Positions 26,501 through 46,036 of a DNA stretch of 64,000 nt are shown here, in pieces. The position numbers were made by a program, and so were the translations under genes. Position 1 is the stretch's first letter; each line of letters opens with the position of its first letter. A model generated the notes under the pieces. That model had not been told where the DNA came from. It saw only the letters and a program-made list of their open reading frames with translations, and made no database searches. This DNA is from the human T2T-CHM13v2.0 reference genome, Homo sapiens, in assembly GCF_009914755.1 (NCBI RefSeq), contig NC_060929.1. One strand, 5' to 3'.

Positions 26501-29500
26501 TAATGAAATTAAGGCAGAAATCAAGAAATTATTTGAAACCAATGAGAACAGAGACAATGCTCCGTAATATCTGGGATGCAGGTAAATCAGTGTTAAGAGG
26601 CAAATTTATGGCACTAAATGCCCACATCAAAAGGCTAGGAAGATCTCAAATTAACCTAACAACACAACTAAAAGAACTAGAGAACCAAGAGCAAACAAAC
26701 CTCAAAGCTAGCAGAAGACAAGAAATAACCAAGATCAGAGCAGAACTGAAGGAGATAGATATGAAAACCCCTTAAAAAATCAATGAATCTGGGAGCTGCT
26801 TTTTTTGGAAAAAAAAAAAAATAGACCACTAGCTAGACTAATAAAGAAGAAAAGAGAGAAGAATCAAACAGACACAGTCAGAAATGATAAAGGCAATATC
26901 ACTACTAATGCCACAGAAATACAGACAACCATCAGAGAATACTGTAAATACCTCTGTGCGTATAAACTAGAAAACCAAGAAGAAACTGGTAAATTCCTGA
27001 ACACATACACCCTCCCAACACTGAACCATGAAGAAAATGGACCCCTGAATAGACCAATAACAAGTTCTGAAATTAAGGTAGTAATAAATAGCTTACCAAC
27101 CAAAAAAAGCCCAGAACCAGACAGATTCACAGCTGAATTATATCAGAGGAAAAAAGAAGAACTGGTACCATTTCTACTGAAACTATTCCAAAAATTGGAA
27201 AAGGAGGGACTCATTCCTAACTCATTCTATGAGGGCAGCCTCATCCTGACACCAAAACCTGGCAGAGATACAACAAAGAAAGAAAAAGTCAGGCCAATAT
27301 CCCTGATAAACACTGATGCAAAAATCTTCAATAAAATACTGGCAAGCCAAATCCAGCAGCACATAAAAAAGCTTATCTACCACGATCAGGTTGGCTTCAT
27401 CCCTGGATGCAAGGTTGCTTCAACATATGCAAATCAATAAATGTGATTCATCACATGAACAGAACTAAAGACAAAACCACGATTATCTTAATAGAAGCAG
27501 AAAAGGCCTTCAATAAAATTCAACATCCTTTCATGATAAAAGCTCTCAATAAATTAGGTATTGAAGGAACATACCTCAAAATAATAAAGGCCATATATGA
27601 CAAGCCCACAGCCAATATCATACTGAATGGACAAAAGCTGGAAGCATTCCCCTTGAAAACTGGCACAAGACAAGGATGCCCTCTCTCACTTCTCCTATTC
27701 AACATAGTACTGGAAGTCATGGCCAGGGCAATCAGGCAAGAGAAAGAAATAAAGCATATTCAAATAGGAAGAGAGGAAGTCAAATTGTCTTTGTTTGTAG
27801 ATGACATAATCCTATTTTTAGAAAATCCCATTGTCTCAGCTCCAAAGCTTCTTAAGCTGATAAGCAAGCCTTCAAGATACAAAATCAATGCTCAAAAATT
27901 GCTAGCATTCCTATACACCAACAACAGACAAGCAGAGAGCCAAATCATGAATAAATTCCCATTCACCATAGCTACAAAAACAATAAAATAACTAGGAATA
28001 CAGCTAACAAGGGAAACAAATAACCTCTTCTAGGAGAAATATAAACCACTGCTCAAGGAAATTAGAGAGGACACAAACAATGGAAAACCATTTCATGCAC
28101 ATAGATGGGAAGAATCAATATTGTGAAAATGCCCATACTGCTCAAAGTAATTTATAGATTCAATGCTATTCTTATTAAACTTGATATTCTTCATAGAATT
28201 AGAAGAAACTATTTTAAAATTCATGTGGAACAGCAACAACAAAAAATTCATATAGCCAAGACAATCCTAAGCAAAAAGAACAAAGCTGGAGGCATCATAC
28301 TACCCAACTTTAAACTATACTACAAGGCTACAATAACCAAAATAGCATGGTACTTGTACAAAAACAGACACATAGACCAAAGGAACAGAATAGAGAACTC
28401 AGAAATAAGACCACACACCTACAACCATCTGATCTTTGACAAACCTGACAAAAACAAGCAATGGGGAAAGGATTCTCTATTTAACAAATGGTGCTGGGAG
28501 AACTGGCTAGCCATATGCAGAAAATTGAAATTGGACCCCTTCCTCACACATACAAAACTTAAGATGGATTAGAGACTTAAATGTAAAACCCAAAACTATA
28601 AAAAGTCTGGAAGACAACCTAGGCTACATGCCATTAAGGACATAGGCACAGGCAAAGATTTCTTGACTAAAATGTTGCTTTTGTTGCAATTGCTTTTGGC
28701 ATTTTATCATTTCAAACGAGATCTAATTAAACTAAAGAGTTTCTGCACAGCAAAAACAAAACAAAACTATCATCAGAGTGAACAGACAACTTACAGAACG
28801 GGAGAATTTTTTTTTGCAATCTATACATCTGACAAAGGTCTAATATCCAGAGTCTACAAAGAACTTAAACAAATGTACAAGAAAAAAAAAACCCTATTAA
28901 AACTGGGCAAAGGACATGAACAAACATTTCTCAAAAGAAGATATTCATGTGGCTAGCAAACATAAAAAAAAGTCAACATAACTGATCAATAGAGAAATGC
29001 AAAAATCATAATGAGATACCATCTTATGCCACTCAGAAGGGCAATTATTAAAAGTCCAGAAACAACAGATGCTGGCAAGTTTGCAGGGAAAAAGGAACAC
29101 TTTTACACTGTTGGTGGAAGTGTAAATTAGTTCAACCATTGTGGAAGACAGTGTGATGATTTCTCAAAGATCTAAAGGCAGAAATACCATTTGACCCAGC
29201 AATCCCATTACTAGTTATATACCCAAACGAATATAAATCATTCTATTATAAAGATACATGCATGTGTATGTTTATTGCAGCACTATTCACAATAGCAAAG
29301 ACAAGGAATCACCCCAAATGGCCATCAATGATAGACTGGTACATATACACCATGGAATATTATGCAGCCATAAAAAGTCAAAAAAAGGACAAGATCATGT
29401 CCTTTGCAAGCACATGGATGCAGCTGGAAGCTTTTATCCTCAGCAAACTAACACAGGAACAGAAAACCAAACACTGCATGCTCTCACTTATAAGTGGGAA

Positions 29501-29740
29501 TGGAATGAAGAGAACACATGGGCACATGTGGGGAACAACACATGCTGGGGCCTGTCAGAGATGGGGGTAGTGGGAAGGAGATCATCAGGAAGAATAGCTA
29601 AGGGATGCTGGGCTTAATACCTAGGTGATGGGTTGATAGGTGAAACAAACCATCATGGCACACGTATACCTATGTAAGAAACCCACACATCCTGAACATG
29701 TACCCCTGAACTTAAAAGTTGAAGGAAAAATAGAAAAAGA
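23540..29740 (+). mobile_element. Near full-length L1 (L1PA12/13-like), ORF1 and ORF2 disrupted
   Basis: 5'UTR with internal repeats; ORF1 'QVTYKGKPIRLTVDLS'; endonuclease '[15 protein letters not shown]'; RT '[16 protein letters not shown]'; 3'UTR 'gggcttaatacctaggtgatgggttgat' and A-rich tail. Confidence 0.95.
25710..29570 (+). pseudogene. L1 ORF2 remnant (endonuclease and reverse transcriptase)
   Basis: Starts 'atgatgacaggatcaaattcacacataac'; ORF pieces at 26139, 26503, 26805, 27407, 28105, 29262 in shifting frames. Confidence 0.9.
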
Positions 29741-30473
29741 GCTGTAAACGTATTAGATTCTGCAGAACTGGGCCCTACATTTTCATTCATTGAGAGTCTC
29801 AAAGGTCTGTTGAAAAAACCTAAAATTAACAAAGGTTTTATTTGGGAAAACGAGTTAATTTTTGTCAGAACTAATGATGTTAAAGAAAAAAAGCTATCAT
29901 TTCAAGCAAAGGGGAATGGTTTTCTGTTTCAGAATTTTCTAGTAGTTCTCTCCCTCTTGGAGTACAATCAAGTGTCATAATATTGTTAATTGCTCTGTGT
30001 TCTTCTGGGTGCTGCAGTATATTGAGTAAAATGTTAGAATGTTATGGAGTAGATGACCAGTTTACTTGACTACAAATGAGAAGATGAACAAGCTGCTTTT
30101 TGTCTTTACTAACTAACCATTTGTTCTAGGAGCTCCCATTTTCAGGTTATTTTAATGAGTCCGTCAAACCAGGGGGTATGGTGGATGGAATAGGCAGCTG
30201 CACCTTGTGCCTGGGAAACATAGCACTTTTGGAACATGGATCTCCACACTCAAAAATACTTCCATGTTATATGGGAATCATGGGATTTCTGAACTGACCA
30301 AATCCTCAGATTATATCTGATCCTCTCTCATTTTAAAGCCAAGATGATGAAGGTGTAGAGTGACTGCAAGTCCTACATAGACCATGAATCCAGAGCCCAT
30401 TTCCTGACTTCTGTTCTGCTTATTGAAGAGAGGGCTGTTGCCTTTAGTCTGGGGACATGAAGACACCCAGATC

Positions 30474-30697
30474 AGTGTTTTCCTATCTCCAGACTAAATG
30501 GAAGTGCTAGTGAGCTAACAAAATGCCAGTGGGCTTTTGAGATGTCTGGAGACAGTTTTTATTTGTTACATCTGGGCAAGATGCTACTGGCATCTAGTAG
30601 GTAGAGGACAAGGATGCCAATAAACATCCTAACCAGCGCAGGAAAGCCTCGAATTATCCAGCCAGAAGGCCAGTAGTGCCCAAGTTGAGAAACCCTG
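30474..30697 (+). mobile_element. MER20 (hAT-Charlie) non-autonomous DNA transposon
   Basis: 'atgtctggagaca..tttt..tgctactggcatctagtaggtagagg..ggatgc..taaacatccta..gttgagaaaccctg'. Confidence 0.8.
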
Positions 30698-30709
30698 CTC
30701 CAGGGGAGT

Positions 30710-30940
30710 TGTTGAACTTTGGAGTTGACAAGACTTGGATTCAAACCCTGATCTGCTGGTTGCTGGCTTTCTGGGTAGGCTAATCGATCTCTTTATATTT
30801 CAGTTCCTCCTCTATAAAATGGGCTTCACCATAGCACCAATTGCATAGGATTGTCACGAGGGTTAAATAAGATGCTGCACATAAGACACGGGGATTTGCA
30901 CACAGCTGGTGCTAAATCAGTGTTACTTACTGATGTTATT
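30710..30940 (+). mobile_element. MIR
   Basis: 'ggattcaaaccctg...cagttcctcctctataaaatggg...ggattgtcacgagggttaaataagat'. Confidence 0.75.
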
Positions 30941-30962
30941 AAAACCTGCAGAAATGAATTTT

Positions 30963-36336
<5,374 letters not shown>

Positions 36337-36734
36337 GATTTCTTACTATAGAAACCTTAGCTCTTTTTTACACTTGTTTGACAGCTCTCCTCTTCCCTCT
36401 GTTATCTTTTGAACTTTTTCAGCTTGTCTTTCTATTGTCATATTCTTATTTTCTAGGAGATTATTTTTGTTCTCACATTGTTTCTTTTAAAATTATCTCC
36501 TGTTTTTGTTTCATGCATGTGCTGTCCTTTCTCATAATTCTGAAGATATTATAGTTGTTTTTTGCTTCTTTTTCTGTTTCTTCTGCTTCTGTGCATCGCT
36601 TGTTTCCTCAGAATTGTTTTACTTTCTTTTGACACACAGAGCCTCTAATTGGCTTTTAAATTCTCACTTTTAAATATGCACCCAAAATTAACAGACATTT
36701 GAGGAAAGTGTTTTTATATTAAAAAAAAAAAGAG

Positions 36735-37680
36735 TAGATGAAACTACAGAACACTAAGGAAATAAATTGAAGAGGACACCAAAAAATGGAAAGATATTCC
36801 ATGTTCATGGATTGGAAGAATCAATATTGTTAAAATGTCTATATCACCTAAAATGATCTACAGAGTCAATGAAATCCCTATTAAAATACCAAATAAATTC
36901 TTCACAGAAATAGGAAAAAAAATCCCAAAATTTGTACAGAACCACAAAATACCTAGAATAACCAAAGCTATCCTGAGAAAAAAGAACAAAACTGGAGGAA
37001 TCACATTACCTGACTTAAAATTATACTACAGATCTATAGTAACCAAAACAGCATGGTACTGGCATAAAAACAGACATACAGACCAATGGAATAGAATAGA
37101 AAACCCAGAAACAAATCCACACACCTACAATGAACTCATTTTCGACAAAGGTGCCAAGAACATACATTAGGAAAAAGACAGTCTCTGATAAATGGTGCTA
37201 GGCAAACTAGATATCCATATGAAGAAAAATGAAACTAGACCCATATCTCTTGCCATATATAAAAATCAAATAAAAATGGATTAAAGATTTAAATTGAGGA
37301 CCTCAAACTATGAAATTACTAAAAGAAAATACTGGGAAAACTCTCCAGGAATTGGTCTGGGCAAAAAGTTCTTGAATACTACCCCGGAAAGCACAGGCAA
37401 CCAAAGTAAAAATGGACAAATGAGATCACATCAAGTTAAAAAGCTTCTGCACAGCAAAGGAAACAATCAACAAAGTGAAGAGACGACCCAAAGAGTGGAA
37501 CAAAATATTTTAAAACTACCTATCTGACAAGGGATTAATAATCAGATGACATAAGGAGCTCAAATAACTCTACAGAAAAATTTTAACAATTCAAAAATGG
37601 GCAAAAGATTTGAATAGATATTTCTCAAAAGAAGGCAAGCAAATGGCAAACAAGTATATGAAAAGGTGCTCAACATTACT
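36735..37680 (+). mobile_element. L1MA-like internal ORF2 C-terminal fragment
   Basis: ORF 36835-37170 '[34 protein letters not shown]'. Confidence 0.88.
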
Positions 37681-37959
37681 CCTTACAGAGTGTTTTTGCA
37701 TTTGCCTTTGCTAGTAACCACAGAGTTTCACTTCTCTGAGATTGTTGTTATTTTTTGAGATTCCTGCACTATTTGAATAGTGTACATTTAGACGGCACAC
37801 CTATACTATGTACAAAATTACTGTTTTGATTTCTCAAACTTGAGACCTTAAAATTATTTTTCACCCAGATCCACAGGCAGAGATAAGCCTCCTTTACACT
37901 TTCTTGGGTGGTTAGGACGATATTTCTCCTTACTTTTTGTGCTGATTATTAAGCTACGG

Positions 37960-38370
37960 GCCCTCAACTTTAACCCCTCCTTCCATACTCTGTCTTATAA
38001 TGCCAGGACTGTGATTCTACAAAACACATTTCCCCTTTGCCATGTGGCTGTTTTTTAGCTTTTGCCAATAGGGGGCTCCACATGAGGGTGGAAGACAGGA
38101 GAGAGAAAGGACTTGCCACTTCCTGTTTGTTTGCTATTCCTGAAGCATCACCCTGGTGATGGTCCACCGGTCCAACAATGGCAATGGTTCCAGTTCTTGG
38201 CTTCTTTACACCATCAGTGCCAGCCTCATTTCATCCCATCTCCAGAGACAGCAGTACCAGCTGAGCAGCACTCCCTCCTTAGAGGTCTGGGTCTTAGTTC
38301 TGTGGGGACCCTCCTGCAAGGTTCTCATGACTACACACCTGGGCAAGAACACATAGGTCCAGACCAATAA
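37960..38370. mobile_element. Old ERVL LTR fragment (LTR33-like)
   Basis: 'aaaacacatttcccctttgcca..tggctg..ttagcttttgccaatagggg'. Confidence 0.45.
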
Positions 38371-38373
38371 TTC

Positions 38374-38912
38374 TGTGGTAGACAGCTTCTAAAATGGCCC
38401 CAAATCATCTCTGTCTCTGGGTATTTATGCTCTTGTATAATTCCTACCCCTTGAGTGTGGCTAGACCTAACAAAAAAATAAAATATGGCACAACTGATGG
38501 GATGCCACTTCTGAGATTACGTTACAGAAAGACTCTGGCTTCCATCTTGCCCTCTCTTGGCTCTTGCTTGCTCTGAGGGAAACCGGCTGCCATGTTGCAA
38601 GATGCCTTATGGAGAGGCCCAGTGGTGAGAAGCCGAGGGAAGGTCCTGGCCAATACCTAGAAATGAATTGAGGCCCTCAGGCCAACAGCTTGTGAGGAAC
38701 TGAATCCTGCCAACAGCCCCATGAGTAGGCTTGGAAGTAGATTCACTCCCATTGGACACCTGAGTGCAGCCTTGTGAGAGACTCTGAGTCTGATGGCCCA
38801 GCTAAGCCACACGAGGATGCTTCACCCACAGAAACTGTGAGATAATTAATGTTTGTGGTTTAAAACTGTGAAGTTTTGGAATAATTTTTACACAGCCCTA
38901 GATAACAATACA
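38374..38912 (+). mobile_element. MLT1F-like MaLR solo LTR
   Basis: 'tgtggtagacagcttctaaaatggcccc...gaactgaatcctgccaac...acccacagaaactgtgagata...gataacaataca'. Confidence 0.85.
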
Positions 38913-40387
38913 ACCTCATTTCTGATAACAGAATAACTTTTGAATGGAGGCAGAAGATCTTCAAAGGTGCTGACTTTATGTAAGGCTGGCAGTTCCAGCT
39001 CTCTCTAGCTCCCACCAGTCTAAGACCTCGTCACCTCTCCCAGCACAGGCAATAAAACCCTGGCCCTGAGCTGTTGGGGCTTTTGTCTAACATCTGTATC
39101 TCCAGGGCATCATCTCCCTGCAAGCTCCCTCCTAGTTTCTGGCAGTACCTGAAAATTTCCCTTACTTTTGAACTTAATTGTGTACTTTTAAACATTTTGT
39201 AATATTTATCCAGAATTTATCTGTGCTTTAGGAAGAAGTGGATGTCCCCATCAGCTCAGTTCTCCCCATTGCCAGAAATCCAAAGGCAAGCAGAAGTCTC
39301 TGGACAGTCATACACAGGATAATTAAACCCAGGGAGTCTCTGTATTTTAATTCTCAGTATTGAAATGGATTGATTTTTACCAGTTGTTAAAACACAGACT
39401 CTAGTTCATAATATAAATGATCTCCCTGGGTGAATGCCACTAGGGCAATCGGGTAGCTTAATTTCTTCCTCCCTGATGACTTACAACTTGGAACAGACAG
39501 GAAAGTAGGGTATCAAAACAAATACTTGAAGGCCAAAGATAAAAAATGTTAATAATTAGTAACAGCTAGAAGCAAAGTTAATTCTCAGTGGGCCCATAAT
39601 GCCAGTTATTTAATGCAAATTAACAAATGGCATTTTAATGTAAAGGACTTGAAAGCTAATATTCTAATTTTCCAAGTAAGATCAATAATTCAACAACCAA
39701 TAATGTGTTCGAGGAAGGAATAACTTTATTTCAGAGATAAGTGAAATGCTAAGTGAAGTTTATATTTGTGGATCCAAAATTAGACTAAATTAGAGTTAGG
39801 TGCCACATGCATTGGAAAGAAGGCCTCATAAAAATGAAAAGTGTGAGCATTAGTTGAACACAGAGTGATAAAATTTTGTGATATAATACTAGATAATGAG
39901 ATGCTCTTATTTCTTTGACAGATTATGAAGGATAATTCTGAATTAAAGTGGTGTTGTTTTGAATTCTTGGATCTTGTGTTTTAAATAAAAGTTTAGTCAA
40001 TGAATCATGAAACAGCATTCCAACTTCTGACCTTGGGTTGCTCTGGATGAATAATTTTGACTTGAAGTATAAAAACACACCCCTATATTCAGACTGTAAA
40101 ATTGCCGTGGCCGGGAATGACATGATTTTAGCATCTAGTTTATACAAGGTGCTAAATAAGACCACATGAAGTTGATAACTTCCATTTGTGTAGGACCTTG
40201 CAGTGGACAAACACATTCTCATACTTTCTCTCCTTTGATCCTTAAAACAAGCCTGCATGGTAGATGCTCTTAGCCTCATTTGATAGGTGAGGGAATTGAG
40301 AAATTATTATTTACCCGAGTCATAAAATTTGCAAATGAAGGATTCCTCCCTGGACCTTTGCAGTGTGTTGCTGTATGTGGAGTGAGT

Positions 40388-41010
40388 TTTAAAAAATTAT
40401 TTGTACAAATTTATGGGGTACATGTGCAATTTTCCCACATGCATAGATTGTGTAGTGGTGAAGCCAGGGCTTTTATGGTACCAATTACCCGAATAACATA
40501 CATTGTACCCGTTCACTAATTTATCATCCTCTCCCCTCCCACCTTCTCACCCTTCCAAGTTTCCAGGATCTATTATTCCACTCCGTATGTCCACGTGAAC
40601 ACATTTTTTAGCACCTATTTAGGAGTAAGAACATGGGATATTTGTCTTTTTGTGCTTGGTGCCAAATAATGACCTCCAGTTCCAACCATGTTGCTGCAGA
40701 AGACATGATTCCATTCTTTTTTATGGCTTTTCACTCCATGATGTGTATTTACCATATTTTCTTTAATCATTCATCTGTTGATGGCCTTAGATTGATTCCA
40801 TGTCTTTGCTCTTGTGACTAGCATTGCAATAAACACACGAGTGCAGGTATCTTTTTAAATATAATGATTTCTTTTCTTTTGGGTAGATACCCAGTAGTGA
40901 GATTGCTGGGTCGAATGGTAGTCCAACTTTTAGTTCTTTGAGAAACCTCCGCACTGTTTTCCATAGAGGTGTACTAACTTACATTCCCACCAGCAGTGTA
41001 TATGAGTGAC
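40388..41010 (-). mobile_element. L1MA-like 3' end
   Basis: 'tttatggggtacatgtgcaatttt..catagattgtgtagtggtgaag', 'gggtagatacccagtagtgagattgctgg'. Confidence 0.88.
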
Positions 41011-41299
41011 TTCTACTGCCATAGACACTCTCTTCCTCCTGCTGTGTCTGTGCATTTGCTTTCCATAATGGCTGGCAAAGACAGATGAGTGGCCCCCTTT
41101 ATCACCTTCACTGCTGTCAAGTGTGTTTGGTCATGCAGCTGCCCTAGCACTTGTTTATAGTCTTTTGTTTTGAATGTGCTATTTATCAGACAGAATTCAA
41201 ATGCAACTTCAATCATGGTGAACTACAAATACCTTCTTTTGTGGCACATTCTCTACCCTCCTCCCACCCTGGTATTATTTTCTTACTCTAGTTAAAAAA

Positions 41300-41850
41300 A
41301 GAAAAACTTTGTATTGAAGTACACCATGCATACAGAAAAACTCTATGCAATAAATAAATTTTCAGCAATGCCCATATATTCAGGGCCCAAAGCAAGAAAA
41401 AAGTTACTAGCCCTCCAGAAACACCCCTGTATCCCTCTATCCCCTCTGTTACCACCCACTGTAAAGGTAATGGTTGGTCTAATTTCTAATGGCCTACATT
41501 AGTTTGGCCTATTTACATAGTTTATATAAATGAAATCTTTCCTGTCTGGCTTTTCTTGTTCAACAATATGTTTGAGAGACTCATCCATGTCATAGAATGT
41601 AGTTGTACAATGTTTGTTCTCAATGCTGCATAATATTCCATTGTGTGGACTCTGTTATTTTATTAAAATATTATTACATATAAAATATAATATACAAGAC
41701 AGTAGACATATATTCTAGAATAATCATATTTATCCATTTTATAGTTGATGGACATTTGGGTGGTCTCTTAAATTTGGCTATTATTAGTAGTCCTGATCTG
41801 AACATTTTAGTATAGGTTTTTTTTATGAACTTAAATATGTAGTTTTTTGT
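41300..41850 (-). mobile_element. L1ME-like 3' end fragment
   Basis: 'ttgttcaacaatatgtttgagagactcatccatgt...gttgatggacatttggg'. Confidence 0.7.
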
Positions 41851-42118
41851 GGTAAGAATGTCTCAATTTTTGTATCCTGACATTCTTCCACTGGCAGAAA
41901 CAAAAATATATAAAGAGCATAATTTTTCCTTGATATATTTTATGTTAATGTTAATAACCTAAATCACATTTTCTGTAAAGTTAAGATTGCTAGTAACAAA
42001 CATGCCTCATTTGTTTAAAATTTGTAACAATTCAGACTGAAACTCAACAGATGTCTCTTATTTAGCAAACATTTTCTTTAAAAATAACATCAATTAATAT
42101 TTTAATATAAAGCATATT

Positions 42119-42461
<343 letters not shown>

Positions 42462-42554
42462 TCAAATACAAGATCTGGTCATGAAATGCTTTAGAAACTA
42501 CATTTACATATATAGCTCGCAAGATAATTACAAATGGATCTTCTTTAAATATGA

Positions 42555-43001
<447 letters not shown>

Positions 43002-43804
43002 TAGATGTGGCCCTGGTATTAATCTAGCTTGCACAGAACACTGATCTGAACGTAGAACTTTCCCCCCAATTAATCAGGAAGAACACAGTAGTAAAATAAT
43101 CCTCATCATATTTAAACATTCATGGAGCAGTTTGTACAGGAAGCATGGCGTTGGCTGGAAAGGACTGTGGTCGGGGAAAGTATGTGTGACCAGGGCATGC
43201 ACGTCCTCTCTCCTCCCTCCACCCAGTGCTTCTGCAGACTTATAAACATGGATTTATAAATATGTCATTCCAAACCCTTTTCTCACTAAGCATCCCCTCC
43301 CCCTTTGTTTATTATCTAGCCCTGTGGCTTAGGAGAGTTCTGTTTTGACTAAGCCAGCGTCTCTTTTCAAAATAATTCTCTCACCGCCTCCTAAAAATAA
43401 AGTTTTTCCCTCTGCTACACAATGAATTGGAAGAGTCGGGTGCCCTGGAAGCCCAGGAGAAGAGCATTAGCACAGCTCTGGGAGGTGGGGGGATAGAGGA
43501 GAGAGGGCCTCAAGATGCTTCCAGGGGAGGTGAGCTTTAGATGGAGAACCTGAGCATGAGTACTGGTGCCGTGGGGGTGGGGTTTGGGTTAGCCTGTGTG
43601 TTTGGGTCAGAATGAGCTGTGTGTGGGAAAGAGCAGGGTCCTTTCCACGAGCCAGTGGCCCTCTCCTCACAGCAGTGTACATGAGCGTTGGTTGCCCACG
43701 TAGCTGACATTGTTGGAGAGGTGGCTCTGTGAGATATATATTTAGTAAAATTAATCATATTCTGATAAACTCTTGTGTATAATCCAGGAATGCAAATCTT
43801 AGAG

Positions 43805-44045
43805 GTGGCACAGCAGTGGGGAGAAGGCCAGCTGTGAGTCCACACTCTTAAGTATGAAACCTGGGTTGTCACATCCTAGATGTGTGGTCCTGGGAAGGGT
43901 AGGTATATTCTTCTTCACCTGTAAAATGGGAATAAAAATAACACACATCTCAGAGAATCATCCTGAAGGTGATACTGAAATTACACATGCAAAAAGCTGT
44001 GCACAGTGCCTGGTCCACAGTTAGCACCCAGCAAATTGGTAATTA
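43805..44045 (+). mobile_element. MIR
   Basis: 'tgtgtggtcctgggaag...cacctgtaaaatgggaataaaaata...gcacagtgcctgg..cacagttagcac'. Confidence 0.75.
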
Positions 44046-44141
44046 AGTAATTAATCAATTAACGGTAAAACTCTTAATTGCACTTTATTAAGTTTTTCTC
44101 TGGAAGTTCTTCAGAGAATTGATTATTGAGAACAACACTGA

Positions 44142-44339
44142 TGTCCCTCAGTCAGTTCAGGCTATCACAGAATACCAGACTGGATGACTTCAATAACAAA
44201 CATTTCTTTCTCATAGTTCTGGGGGCTGGAAATCTAAGATCAGGGTGCCAGCATGGTTAGGTTCTGGTGAGAACCTTCTTCCTGGTTATGTCCTCCTCTG
44301 GCCTTCTTTGGTGTGGGTGGAGAGAGAGAGAGACAGATG

Positions 44340-44382
<43 letters not shown>

Positions 44383-44566
44383 TGTGTCTTTTTGTAAGGT
44401 TATGTCATCTCACCTTCATGACTTAATCTAACCCTAATTGCCTCCCAAAGGGCCCACCTCCAAATATTATCCCATTGGAGACTCTGGTTTCAACATAGAA
44501 ATTTAGCGGCGGGGGAAGGGCAGGGGTGGGGGGTACGGGGCGGACACAAATATTCTGTCTGTAGCA
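44142..44566 (-). mobile_element. MLT1A-like MaLR solo LTR with (GA)n and G-rich expansion
   Basis: 'caggctatcacagaataccagactgg...aagatcagggtgccagcatgg...ctgtctgtagca'. Confidence 0.82.
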
Positions 44567-44569
44567 AAC

Positions 44570-44745
44570 AACAACATTTATAAAGTACATTAAAATTCAT
44601 AAAATGCTTTCATATACCTTCTTTGAGCCACATAATAATCTAGGCAGAAAATAGGGATGAGGAAATTGAGGTTCAGAAATGTTAAATGTTTCAGCCAACA
44701 AAGCTCACAGATGGAATCCATCTCCGGCTGGAATAGAACCATGCT
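44570..44745 (-). mobile_element. MIR fragment
   Basis: 'gatgaggaaattgaggttcagaaatgttaaatg'. Confidence 0.6.
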
Positions 44746-45100
44746 GCAGATGCTCAGACTGGAAGTTTACAGTCAGGCCCCAGAGATGCCCTTTCGAACT
44801 TTACCTTTCAAATTCCCCACAGAAGAGCATGAGGCAAACTGGGCTCATACCCGACTGCCTCCTGAGCGTGTCAGAAGATCAAAGGAGATAGCGTGTGGAG
44901 AATCTCTTTCTGTAGTGTAGTATGCCATGTTTTTAGCTGTTTTTAGTTGTAGTCCTCTTTTGTTTAGTAGCAGCTTAGCCTACCAATGTGATATAGCTCA
45001 GGCAGCAATTTTTAACTCCTTAAAGTTTTGCCAAGAAAATTTGAAGTTTCATATGAAAAGGCAGACATTATTAATAGCATGTCAACAAATATTTGGAATG

Positions 45101-45137
45101 AGTGGTTTTTCTGGCTTCCCGTGCCAGAAAAACCACT
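45101..45137. repeat. Perfect inverted repeat, 15-bp arms, 7-nt spacer
   Basis: agtggtttttctggc-ttcccgt-gccagaaaaaccact. Confidence 0.95.
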
Positions 45138-45748
45138 TGCTTGATTTCACCGTAACAAGTGTTTACCATAGTGATTTCACGTCATGTCATTTTAGGTTGG
45201 GATCAGGATTGGTCCAATTAAAACTTCACATCTTAAAGGAAGGTTTCCTTTCTTTCCCGAATTACTGATGAAGAAAGTTTTTGTGTGTGCATGCATGCAA
45301 GGATATGCACATATGTGTGCAAACGTGTGGTGGAGCATGGGAATAAAGAGATTATAGAAGAAGAGAGGTGTTTCACCTTTTCAGATATTCTGTGCTCGAT
45401 CTTTTCAGCTCTCTGGTCTTTCTGATACAAGCTTCCTCTTTCCATCAAATGCTTGACGGGAAGCGGAATCTTCTGGATTCAGAATACCGGCTGTTCCCTC
45501 CCTGTGCCCTGATATGTCTGAAGGACATACTTTTCTGTGGCTTTACCTGTTCTTCTCAAAGGGGTAAAATAGCTGAGCCCTCCTTTCCACGTCACTGAAT
45601 TCTAACCTTCCTGCCAATGGAAGCTCCAATCCTGCCTGCTCTGTCTCACCCCCTCTATCCACCAGAGCTAGAAAGGATTTTTTCTCCCTAATGAAGCCTG
45701 TGATTTCCTAGTGGCCCTTAGCTGCCAGCATAGGCAGTCTGCATTGTA

Positions 45749-46036
45749 TTTTTGTTTATTTGTTATTTTAGAGACAGAGTCTTGTTCTGTCATCCAGGCT
45801 GCAGTGCAACAGTGCAATCAGAACTCCTGGGCTCAAGTGATCCTCCTGCCTTAGCCTCCTGAGTAGCTAGGACTACAGTCATGCACCATCATGCCCAGCT
45901 AATTACAAATATATATATTTTATAGAGTCAGGGTCTCACTAAGTCACCCAGGCTGGTCTGGAACTCCTGGCTTCAAGTGATCCTCCCACCTTGGCCTCCC
46001 AAAGAACTTGGATTACAGGTGTGAGCCATGACAGCT
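45749..46036 (-). mobile_element. AluJ with small internal deletion
   Basis: J diagnostics 'aactcctgggctcaagtgatcctcctgcc'; TSD tctgcattgt (45738-45747, 46039-46048). Confidence 0.9.

Noticed and set aside
23540-29740. Retrotransposition-competent L1
   Set aside because: ORF1 and ORF2 are broken by many stops and frameshifts; old subfamily
39598-39636. Octamer ATGCAAAT within an imperfect hairpin
   Set aside because: Single 8-mer in AT-rich DNA with no canonical Sox-Oct arrangement
45111-45127. NFI site in the hairpin centre
   Set aside because: NFI needs TTGGC-N5-GCCAA; the spacer here is 7 nt
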